The notes under the pieces are model-generated. The model had not been told where the DNA came from, searched no databases, and worked only from the letters and a program-made list of their open reading frames with translations. Positions 51,759 through 62,655 of a DNA stretch of 64,000 bases are shown here, piece by piece. This stretch comes from Cyanophora paradoxa CCMP329 (taxonomy: Eukaryota; Plantae; Glaucophyta): positions 241,823 to 305,822 of the forward strand of contig QPMI01000415.1 in assembly GCA_004431415.1 (NCBI GenBank), read 5' to 3'. Each line of letters opens with the position of its first letter. Positions within the stretch are counted from its first letter, which is position 1. A program made the translations under genes and the position numbers.

Positions 51759-52699
51759 TCTGACACTTGAGGGCCGGTTGGGGTCGGGGGGGAGACCGTA
51801 GGGGGCCGAGGGGCAGCGTCTTGCGAGGTCCCGAGCGGGGGGGTCAGCTGAAGCGAGGGGGGGGAGGGGGAGTTGGCTGCTTGCAGCGTCGTAAGTGGTT
51901 TGTACACTCCGGGTGCAAAGAGGGACGTGATTGTGGGTTGCCCCGTGGGTATCGGCATCGTTCGCGCTTTTTTGGTCATGCGCCTGGGAGTCTTGCGGCC
52001 GGTTGCCTTTCTTTTCGCCGTGGGTACGGGCGGGGCGGGTGTAGAGGCGGGAGGGGGAGGGGTCGCGGGGCGCGGGCATTTGGGTGCCGGGGCGGAGGGG
52101 GTATCGGCTGTCCGTTTACGTGAGGCAGGCGACGGGCGTGTTCGTTTTGGGGAGGGGCCAGGGGGGGCCCCGGAGCGGGGCGTTTGGAAGGTTGGGTAGT
52201 GTTCGTAGGACCCGCGGGCGAAGCGGGCAGGATGCCAGTGTCGGAGTTCTCGTGTGACTGTCGTGCTGGGGGTACCGCAGGTGAGGAGGTAGGGCAGGAG
52301 GTGATCTCAGGGCGGGCGGGGCATTTTCCCCGTCTGGCGTCGGAGTGGGCCTGGAGGGCAGATGCAGAGGCGAACCGAGTGCCGCAGGTGCAGGAGAAGT
52401 CAGACGTCCCGGCGGCGGGTCCTGCATCGGGCAGCTGGGGGGAGGGGGGGCCTGGGGGGAGGGGGCGACGGGGAGTCGTGCAATTGCTTGGCGGAAGTTT
52501 TCCAAGAGAATCCATGGTTGGCCTTCCGAGCCCAATTCGCAGCAGAAGTCGGTGATGGAGATGGTATCATGGAGGGAGGGGGCGGGGGGAGGGCGGGGGG
52601 GAGGGGGGGGACTGGGCGGCTGCACTAGAGGCGAGCGGGAGGGTTTGGAGTCTGCATGTTTGCGGTACCGACGTTTGGTTCTGTCATTGATGCCGTGTC

Positions 52700-53810
52700 G
52701 GAGCTCCCAGGCGTGGTTGCGGGCGCAGCGGTCTCTCCAGATCGCACGGAGGTGTTGGTCGAGGAGCAGCGCTAGGTCTTTTTGGATTGACGATGAGGTG
52801 GTCTTGTTGATGCCCAGAGCTGTGCAGAGGGCAGGCAGTCCTGCCGGGGTACCGAGGCGCAGGAGAGCGAGGGCGGGGAAGGGAAGCATGTCGGCCAGGG
52901 CCGGGCTGAGTTTTTCCCATAGTGTATCGGCGAGGCCGGGGGGGCGGAAGAGAGCCGGATTTGCGGTGGGGAGAGAAGGGCGGAATGGAGGGGAGAGGCG
53001 GGGTCAGGAGAAACGAGGCGGAGGAAGGGGAAGAGTTGAAAGATGGTATCGTCGTGTCCTAGTGGTTTGGGCGAGTGGCGGAGAACCCGGGTACGGAGGA
53101 AGGTCACGAGTGCGTCCTGGAAAGCTTGGAGAAGGAGGCGAGCGGCGGGGCAAGTAAATATGTGGACGAAGTCTTCGGGGGGGTGGGTTGTGGGGTCGGG
53201 CGGTCTGGGGTCTGCGGCCACCGGTGGGGAAAAGGGCGAGGGGAGCCCGGGGGGTGCATGTGGCAGGGGCGGGGAGGGGGGGGGTGGGGAAGCAGCATCT
53301 TCGGGATGGGGCAGGGGTGGGAGGGAGGTGACAGAAGGGGCAGTGGGCGGTGCCGTCGGGGAAGAGAGGGCCGTAGAGGTCGGGGTCGTGGAGGAGGCGG
53401 ATGGTGAGGGAGGGAAGGCTTCCAAGCATGCATTGGAATCTGACTTTGCGGAGGTGGTCGCCTGTGGGGGTGCGGCAGTCCGGTGGCTTGTCGGACACTA
53501 GGGAGAGGGCTGGAGCGAGGGTAACATGGGGGTTGCTGAGGATGGCCCCCGCGTTGCGAAGTTGGCGCCAGTCAAGGTATTGGGAGAGGGAGGCTTCGGC
53601 TAGGAAGTGAGGGCGGGGGTCCCCCTCGACGCGGTACGCATGGAGTCTGCCTCGGTAGGGCTCGGCCCCGGGGACTGGGCCGTGGGATAGTGGGGGCGGG
53701 AGGCCAACACGGATGAGGAAGCATTTGAAACTGTGGGGAATGAAAAGAAGGGCGGAGAGGGGGGCGTCGGGGGCTGTTTTAGCAAGCTTGTCAACGGCGT
53801 CATTGTGGCG
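52700..53810 (-). other. RNase H C-terminal helix, then CCHC zinc finger and LINE C-terminal domain
   Basis: HNDAVDKLAK (53807-53778) is in one open frame with VEGDPR...RKVRFQCMLGSLPS...CPFC. After frameshifts come EDFVHIFTCP and AIWRDRCARNHAWE. Confidence 0.8.
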
Positions 53811-54309
53811 GTTGTCAGGGGTGTAGGCTGGGTTCGGGATACGATTCTTAGCCGGGGTGCGGGCCGCCTCCTTCTGTGCGGCTGTTTTGGATGTTTTGGC
53901 GGACCGTGGTTGCGGCAGGGTGGCTTCACGGTGAGCGGCTTCAGTTAGGATGGACGCCGCTTCGAGTGGGGTAACGTGGGACGGCCGGAAGAGACGGCGC
54001 GCTGTGGCGGAGGCTTCGTTGCGAGCCAGGTCGGCGAGCTGAGAGGCGAGTTCTTGGGCGTAGCGGGCGCCGGGAGGGAGGGGGTGGCGGGCCCTTCGGG
54101 GCGGGGCGGGGGAGACTCAAGCACAGTTGGGGAGCGCGGGAGGGCTGGATGGTTGGGAGAGGATGGTGGGGAGTCGAGGGTAGGGAGGGTGCCGCCGGTG
54201 GAGACTGGGGGCGGCGCGGCGGATGGGTACGCCCGGGGAAGGTCGGCGGGGCCGGAGGGCCGGGAGGGTTGGGCTGCAGCATAGGGGGTCAAGGGTGACG
54301 GACCCGTAG

Positions 54310-54995
54310 CAGAGGCTGAGGGCAATATATTCACGGTATCTGCGGAGCGCTGCAGCGTCGGCCTGAATGTAGGCTGGGGGGCGGGGCAGGTCCGACGGGG
54401 TAAGTGCTGAGGAGCGACTGAGTAGGTCAGCTGTGAGGAGGAGGAGTGGACCGCAGGCCGTGCTGTTTGGGGGCTGGAGAACGGAGAGGGATGTCTCCGG
54501 GCGTAGATAGGTCCATCTGCAGAAGGGAGTGGGGGGGAGGGGAGATCCAGAGTCGCGCTGACTCCAAGTGGCCGCCAAGTCTTGTGCAAAGGAGACAAGG
54601 TGATCAGGGACGTCGAGGGAGCCATTGTAGAAGTAGAATGAGCGCGTCTGTGGAAATAGAGCAAGTAGGTGCCAGTGTCCCGGAGGTCTGCTGGAGGAAG
54701 GGGTCAGCGAGGGGGCTGGTGGGGTCTGTTGAATTGGGCAATAGGTGAGGATGGGGACGAGAACAAGGCGGGCATCGAGGAGTCGTCCGTGGGGGATGTA
54801 TCGGTGTAGGGGGAGGAGGGCAGAACCCCGAGAGTCGAAGTGGGAGGCTGCGCTAGCAGGGTAGGAGCTGGACGATAGGAAGTGAGCAGGGTGGGGCGAG
54901 GCCAGGGCGGCTTCACGGGAAGAGAGCAGGTCAAAAAAGGCTTCCACGAGGGGGAGGCTGAGGGGGGCATTCGGACGGAGGTGTATAAGGTCGCC
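54310..54995 (-). other. Ulp1/C48-like protease domain 2, intact-looking His-Asn-Cys triad
   Basis: DLIHLRP..LVEAFFDLL..HFLSSS..LVLVPI..GHWHLLAL (His 54677-54675)..YFYNGSL..LQPPNSTACG (Cys 54455-54453)PLLL..YREYIALSL. Confidence 0.82.
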
Positions 54996-55509
54996 TCGTC
55001 GAATGAGTGAGTAACAGTGAGGGTCGGCTCGGGGGGCGGGTGGGAGGGGGGGCTTCGACGCGAGGGTTGCTCCGCGCAATAATCATTGTCTGCGAAGCGG
55101 AAGGCATTCCCCAGCCAGCTTTCCTCCGCCAGCGTCAGCGGGCGAGGGAGGGGAATTCAGTCGGGTGGACGGGGGTTCGGCCTGGGGAGGCATGCGCAGC
55201 TGGGTGGGCCGCGGGCGCCGGAGGGCGTGGGATTGAGGAGTGGGCGTGGGAGGGGGTGGAGGGATGTGGGAGGGGGGAGGGGAGTTGGGGGACCGGGGGG
55301 GTGTAAGGGGCGAGGGGGAAGGGGGGGGACGGAAGGGAGGGGGGGTGGGGTCTCGTTTGCGTCGGACCCGGCGGCGGGCTTTTGCTGCCGTGTGCTGGGA
55401 GGGGCGGGAGCTGGTGCGTGGGGTCGTGCGCTGCCGTTTTGTTGTGAAAGCCGGGCCGTTGGCCTGGATTGTCCCCAGGAGGACCTCAGGGTCCCGGAGG
55501 AGGAGAGCG

Positions 55510-56140
55510 GCCGCCCAGCGTTCCCGGTAGATGGGGGCGTGGAAGGGAATGGGGCGGCCCCGTCCTTTGCCGTACAGGTGGACTTCCTCGCCGCGGCCAA
55601 TGAACTCAGCGGCGGTCATGACGAAGAGAGCGTCTTCACCCGTGTGGACGTGTTTCCAAGCTTGCGTGGGGAAGGTGCTGGTGTCGTATTTCCAGGCCGA
55701 GCGCGGGGAGGGGTCGCCGGGGCGGAGGGTCGCCGTCCACCATTTGAGGACCCAGTCTTTAAGAAGGACCGTGACGTCGGAGGCGGGTTTGCGGGTGACG
55801 TCCAGGATGCGGATTTCGCGGAGGCGGGCTGAGATGATTGCTAGTCGCCAGGGTCGGGACCCAGAGGGTGGTAGGGGAAGGAGAATATAGTCGTACTCCG
55901 TTGGGGAGAAGGGGTGCGGGACGTAGGATCGGTCCGTTAGCGGCCGGCCTGCGCGGGTCTTGAGCGAGAGGGTGGAGGGGGCTGTGCCCATGAGGATTGA
56001 GGTTGCGTGGGAGGACGAAAGAAAGAGGCACTTGGGGGTGGTGGGGGCGTGCAGCCGGAAGGAGACTTGCCGGTTCTGAAGAAGTCTGAAGAAAGCGTCA
56101 ATGGGTTCTGCAGGTATGGGTTGTTCGAGGAGAAGGGTGT
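55510..56140 (-). other. Ulp1/C48-like protease domain 1, catalytically degenerate
   Basis: PIDAFFRLLQNR...CLFLSSS...DYILLPL..GSRPWRLAII...IRILDVT...FPTQ...TGEDALFVMTAAEFI...YRERWAAAL. His is replaced by Pro and Cys by Asp. Confidence 0.7.
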
Positions 56141-57363
56141 GGCCAGGTGGGCCCCAGACCGGGGTTGGGGTCGATGAGGGAGAGAGGAGCCGCTCTAAGG
56201 GCGGCCAGGCGAGATTTTATGCCATCAAGGAGGGGAAGTACTCGGCGGTCATACCGGGGGCCGTCAGGATCGATGGCAGCCGAGTAGGGAATGGCTCGGC
56301 GGCCATATCGTTCGAACAGTATGGGGAGGGCGCCGGTTTGGTCGCGGAGTGGGAAAGTGGGTGGGGTGCCGGGCGGGGCGGGGGTGGGGTGGCAGTGCGG
56401 GCAGGATAGGGCAGGTCCCCGTGCCCATTGTTCTGCGATCAGGGAGGAAATGGGGAGTCCCCACATGCCAGGATCACAGCGGTGGTACGCGATCAGAGGG
56501 GCACCAGCCTCAGCTTGGGAGGTGGGGGCAAGCGTGAGATCTTCGTCCCAATACCAGGCGGGGAGAGGCGTGTCGCGGTCGGCGGGGACAGCCGGTTTGC
56601 AGAGGGAAGTTTGATAGAAAGTCCAGCTGGGGCCGGGGGCCCGAGGATGGGCTAAGTGGTGGTCGAGGGCGAGCTTCCTTGTAGGCCCGGGGTCGGGGTA
56701 TTCGGCGTCGGGGGGGTCCTCGGGGAGTGGGTGAAGGAAGATTGGGTTGGGAGGGGAGTACCATTGGAAGGAGATGTTGCGAGTGATGTTTTTGCGTCCG
56801 AAGGCTTCTAGGAAGGCTGAGTAGGCGCGGAGGATGTCGCAGTCCGAAGTGATGGTGAGATGTGCGTCGGAGGGGAGGAGAGCGTGGTTTTTGGGGATGC
56901 GGATGCAGCGGTTCCAGATGAGAGTTTCCTCCGCTGCGAATGCCCGTTCGAGTCTAGCCGACGCGAGGGGGACGAGGTCTAGGATCAGGTGGGTGTTGGT
57001 AGTATCAGAGGCGTCGACATATTCGGCTAGGTCCGCCTGGCAGCGGAGGAAGTTGTAGTCGGCCGGGCTATCTGCTAGAATATATGTGCGAAGATGCCGG
57101 CGAGGCGGAAAGAGGGACGAGAATAGCGACGGGGGGAGGGGCGAGGAGGAGTCGTCCGAAAAAAGGAGTCGGGCGTCGGGGATGTCCATTCCACCAATAT
57201 AATGATAAGGGGCCGAGGCAGGGAACGTCTGCGGGGCAGTAGGTGGGGGGGCAGCTGGTCCGCTGAGGGGGACGCGGGGTCGGCGGGGGGAGGAGGGGAC
57301 CGGGCGTCGGGTCGCCTGTGGGGTTGTAGCCGTTGCGGTTGGCCGCGGAATGGTCTTTGGTTG

Positions 57364-57780
57364 GTGAGAGGGGACCCATTGGAGCGTGATTTGGAAGTTT
57401 GGGTCTTGAGCGATACGAATGGCGTATTGCGTGCGAGCGTTGAGGAGAAGGGCCCCGTCTTCTCGGCGGAGCAGGGTGCGGAAATTGATAGGGTGGGAGA
57501 AAGAGGAGGGGTCTCGGAAGGCGAAGGCTGTCAGGGCCCGGATAGTGTTTTGGCTGTCCGTGATAATTTTCCCACCCGTGGGCCCGAAGTACGTGAATGC
57601 TGCGGAGATCGCGCCTGCTAGCTCTCCCAGGTTCACGTTGTGTTGGACACCGGGGAGGCGGTGGGCGAACTCGATGTGGTTAGGTAGGTCGGGATTATTT
57701 TCGAGGGGTGCAAGGCCGGCGTAGGTGGTTCGGACTGATGCGGAGCCCTGTTTTTGTGTGCTGGCGTCCGTGTATATTAC
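57364..57780 (-). other. RNase H, N-terminal part
   Basis: VIYTDAS (Asp 57768-57766), NLGELAG (Glu), IITDSQ (Asp), ITLQWVPSH (His 57366-57364). Confidence 0.9.
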
Positions 57781-59299
57781 CCGGGGAGTAGGGTCGGGGG
57801 GAGGAGGTGGGGAGTTTAGGGCACGGAGCGTGGGGCAGAGCTCAGCGAAGAGGGCTCGGGAGGTGGCGAAGAGGAAGTCGAGCCCGGCCGAGGAATCATA
57901 GAATTCGCGGTCGGCTTGTGAGGGAGGGGTCCTCGGGCGTGGGCGTCGCTCGAGGGCGACATTGGTGGCCTGGGCTTCCGCGCGGAAGGAGTCCCACCAG
58001 TCAGTTTCCCGGAGCCAGAGGTCGATGAAACCAATATGTGTGATTTCGCGGGGAGTTGGGAGGGGGAGTTCGGGGTCATATTGGGCGGAGGGGGTTTCTG
58101 AGGAGGGTCGAGGCGGGCTTTTTTAGCTGCTCTTGTGGGTTGAGCGCGGGTGGGCTGTTGTCCTCTGAAGCGGGAGCATGGGAAGGCGGGGCGGAGTCGG
58201 GCAGCTGCCGGAGCGGGTGGGAGCCGGCCTATTTAGGTTGGAGAGGCTCGGAGACCAGCCCTTCGATTCGCACGAGGAGCCCGCTGGAATTCGGCGAACG
58301 TGGGATGCGTACTCGACCCAGCGGCAGGCCGTTGTGGAGAGGCCCAGCTCGCGATGGAGCTGTTCGGAGCCGCAATATTTTGGGTGGGGGCAGAATTGGA
58401 ATTCGAGTCTGCGTTCACGCCAGGCAGGGTCGAGTTCAAGAGCTGATAGGCCGGGGTCGCGTGTGGAAAGTCCATCGTATGGGGTGAGGCAGTAATGGAC
58501 GAGTTCCACCCCATAATTATACTCTGAGTCTCGGGGGCAGTTAGGGTCCGCGTCGGGGTCCTCGGGAGCCAGTTCGTCCGGGTTTTCGTCCGGGAGAGGG
58601 GGTTTCCCGACGACGCGACCAACTAGGCCTTGGGACGTCCAGACAAAGTCACCAATTTTGAGTCCCGCAAGGACGGCGTCGGCTTGGAGAGAGCGACGGA
58701 TGTCTGGGATAGAGGGCGGCGGGGGCATGGGGTATCGGGGGAGGAAGGGGGACTGGATGGAAGGGCGGGGAAGAGAGAGTTCTTCGCGGACCGCGTCCCA
58801 CCAGGAGGGGGCACGTTTGTAGTATGCCGGACACGACATGACTCCAGAGGAGGGACCAATCAGCTAGTGAGCCGTCGGAGGACGTAATGTCACGGATGGT
58901 GAGGAGGCCGCAGCGATAGAGGCGCTGGCCGGCTCGTTGGAGGGTGAGGGGCGTCAACTGTGATGATATAATGTATTCTCGGCGAAGGTGGGACCGTCGG
59001 GAGGGGAGGCCGTGCGTCCAGGAATCGCATGTTGTGAGGATGTGGTGGGAGGTGGAAGTCAGGTCTGCCGTGATGGCGAGCGTAATATTTTTCTGTAGTG
59101 TAAGGGGCCCCGAAGGAAGGTTCGGATATTCATGTGGGAGGAGAGGGAGCCCGTACCGGGCCTGGGTGTCGAGGACGCGTTGTCGGTATATTTGGCCGTA
59201 GAGTGATGATGTGTGGGAGGCGAGTTCCTGGCGGAGGCGCTCGTCGACGCACTGCTGTTGGCGTTGGATGACTGCTATTGAGGGAAGGCGATAGATGGA

Positions 59300-60500
59300 G
59301 GAGAATGCAGCCGTGGAGACGGACTGGGCCAGGTTGGCAGTATGTTTGCCGCGGTGAGCCAAACAGCGTCGAGGGACTGGCATTGGGATGGCGTTAGGGT
59401 CATGATGCGGAGGGGGTATGACAGTTTAGGGAAGAGAACCCGGTGTAATATCACTTGGAATTCGTGAACGGTAATCTTTTTCGTGGCTAGGATCGAGATT
59501 GCGGATTGGAGCTGGGATTTGAGTAGGCGGACTTGGTGGGTCCAGGACAGGTTCGCAGTAAACTGGACGCCGAGGACGCGGAAGGGCGTTGTGGGGGAGA
59601 GGATGTGGCCAACCTCAGCTCTGGATCCCGGAATCGCCAACTCCGACATAGTATTTGCTCTTGACCGGCTCTTCGGATCGGGGGGGTTTCCAGTGAAAAA
59701 TTTCCGTCTTTTTGGCGTTCAAGTTCATGCCATGGACATGTAGAAATTCGGACAGCCAGTCAAGCATATGTTGGAGGCCCTGAGCCGAGCTGGCAAGCAT
59801 GGTGGTGTCGTCGGCGTATGCAAGCACAGAGACTTTGGGGCAGGGACCGGCGGGGAAGTAGAGGGGTTCGCCAGGGCATGGTGGGCGGGGGAACGGGGGC
59901 GGGTCGGATCAGATCGGTGCGGCCCAAGCTGGTAGCCGAAATTGGACTGAGTCGCTCGTTCTTCAATGGCGGTGAGAGCGGCGTCGAAGAAAATGCGCCA
60001 GTGGAGGGGGGCTTCGATGCCACCTTGGGGGAGGCCACAGGGGACTTGAAAATAATCAGTGCGGCCGTGGGGGGTAAGGATGCACGCCGTGCGGTGTTGA
60101 GCTGCTTTTTTGTGGAGGGCTATATATCGTTTCCCTTCAGGATGGAGGTGGAGTTGGATACGGTTAAGGCTGAGCTCTTGGCTATGCCAGGAGACACTGT
60201 CGTAGGCGCTGGCGATATCCCCAGGCCGCCAAAGATTGGCTTTTTGAACTGTGTGCGCGTCCTCGAGGGAGGATCGGAGGGCGTAGAGGACAGGGTCGGT
60301 AGATTCGCGGCGACAGAAACATAATTACGGCCGCGTAGAATGTTATGTGTATCAATGCGGTCTTCCATGCGGTGGGTCAGGAGGCCCGTGACCAGCTTCC
60401 AGGTGACTTCTTGAAGGGTGATGGGGCGGAGATCGGCGAGATCTGCTGAATTATCTCGTTTCGGGATAGCGTAGACTTGGCCGCGAAGTGCGTGGTCGGG
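59300..60500 (-). other. LINE reverse transcriptase domain
   Basis: VYAIPKR, LRPITLQEVTWKL, GDIASAYDSVSW, GLPQGGIEAPLHWRIFFD, LAYADD (YADD at 59818-59807), GMNLNAKKT, FRVLGVQF. Confidence 0.95.
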
Positions 60501-61789
60501 CACGTGGCGAGAAGAGTGGATTGAACTAGAGATCGGATGGCGTCGCGCGAGGTGGTCCAGTGGGCCGCGGACTCGAAGCTGTTTATCTCGTCTGTAGAGT
60601 GTGAGGCGGCTAAGGTCTGGCGTTCCGTCTTGGAGAGGCGGAGGGGGACCAGAGCATTTTAAGCATTCCGTTCGTGAGGCCGGAGGGACCGCCAGCGCCA
60701 TTGGACAGGGACGAGATGAGGCGATCGAGTTCGGGGTCCTCTGGCATGGCCATTAGCCCGTCCAGACGGCGGGGGCGAAGTGGGAAAGGGGTCGGTACTG
60801 GCTTTTCCAAAATCTGCCCAACCAGGCGCCGTTTTCAATGACCTCGAATTTCGTAGCTATGGCATCCAGGTTTGGGGCGGCCTTGCGGAGTCGCCAGAAA
60901 TTTTTGAAGTGATCCAGATGTGCGCGTTTAATTTCAGTGGGATCAGTGAGCACTTCGGGGAGTCCCGCTGCCGTGCGGGTAAGATACTGGCGAGGGGCGG
61001 ATCGGAAGCGGGAGAGAAGGAGTTGAATAGCCCGACCCATGCTTCGACAGTGGGACAGGAGGTGGCGGCGGGTGTCAATATTGCGAGCGATGTCGGCTTC
61101 GGTGTATGCGCGGCGATGATTGTCCAGGGCGGCCCGCGCCTGTAAATGCCACATGCTGAGTTGAGCATGGTACTCGGCGATTTCAGATCCTGTAATGATA
61201 CCATTCTCGAACTCAGGGTAATTAGGAGGGTCGGGGAAAGCGAGGAGGGAGGGCAAAATGCCAGCGTGGTGTCCGAGCCCGCAGATTTTCGGATGTCTGT
61301 CACGTCTTGGGAAGGTCCCGGAAAACGGCCCGAATAGTTTCGTCAGGCGGGTGGTCTGTGGAACCTTGGCGCGCCCAGTCGTTTAGGGCCTGTCCGACGC
61401 GGCCAACAAGTTGTTCGTCGTCAGCGTCCAGCGCAGACAAGTGGTTGAATTTAGCCATATCGCCCTGGGCGGCTACTCGGTGTTGGAGGACTTTTGCAGT
61501 AGAGAATTCTTTAGCGTGAGCGACGGACTTGATACTCTGGGCGATTGCGCAGAGGAGGAGCGGTGGGATTTCGTGGCGCGGCGGGCGTAGTCGGGGCTGT
61601 TTCGGGAGTGAGAAGGAGCTGGATATACCGCTGACCGTGTTTATTGAGAAAGGCTTCGACAGCGAGCTTGAAAGCAAGCCGGATTGGTGCAGGCTGGGCG
61701 GCATAGTTGAAGAGAGGGGGGAGAGGCTGGGGTCGGGGCTGGCGGGGGGCGGTCGGGGGGGCAGAGAGCACTCCTTCGGTTGTGAAAGT

Positions 61790-62655
61790 CGCCAGTACTG
61801 GGAAGTGATCGGCTGAGAGCAGGGGGGAGGGTCGTCCAGGGACAGCCAGTGTACGAGTGCCCAGCGAGCGGGCCGCTAGGGTGGGGGAGGCGAGGGCATA
61901 GTCGAGGCGGGCGGCGTTCAGGAGAGGGCGGTGGCCGTGCTCGTCGATGAAGTCTGCGTGGTGTGAGATGTGCGTGAAATCGCCGGGGGTACCGGTGTCG
62001 ATGAGGCCCCAGGTCGCTCGGAGGAGGGTCCAGATTTCCGCGTAGGAGTTCGGGGGTGTAGTTTCGGTGCGCCGGTTGCCCCCGGTGATCCGGTCGTTGC
62101 ACGGAGAGTGTGTGCTATTCATATCGCCGAGTACCAGGAGATGTGTCTGCCAGTCAGGCTCGTGGAGGTCAGGTGCGACCTTCGCGGTCAGGTATTCGGT
62201 GAGGTCGTGGAGCTCTTTTTGCAAATTGTCGTGCCCGCAGTCCGGTATAGAGTGAGAGGACAATGAGGCGCTCGCGCGTGCGCGGGAAGTCAAACCGAGC
62301 GCCGGCTACCCGGCCGTCAAACGCGTAATCCGCCTGGCGGTGCGCTGCATAGCTTGCTGAGATCCACAGCGCGGAGCCGGCGGTGCCAGGACGGGCCGCG
62401 GAGGGAGGGGAGTAGACAAGGTAGCTAGATTTATGGCGGCGGACTGCCGTCTTAATCAGGTGATCGCGGATATTGGGCGGAAAGGGCTTCGAGGGGGGGC
62501 GGTCAACGGGGACCATGTCGACCTCTTGAAGAGCAACGAAGTGACAGTCCCAATCACGGCGGCCATAGTCGATTGCGCTGATAAATTTAGTTGCAATATT
62601 GTTGCCGCTCGTCTTCCCCTCCAAGCGGCGAATATTCCACGTGAGGGCGCGGAGG
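61790..62655 (-). other. LINE apurinic-like endonuclease (APE) domain
   Basis: LTWNIRRL, VALQEV, GSALWIS, DGRV, LIVLSLY, VLGDMNS, LIDT, FTH, RLDYALAS, ADHFPV. One frameshift near 62248. Confidence 0.93.

Noticed and set aside
51350-62300. LINE frameshifts as programmed recoding
   Set aside because: They are numerous, and those examined sit in homopolymers or short repeats. Sequencing error or decay is simpler.
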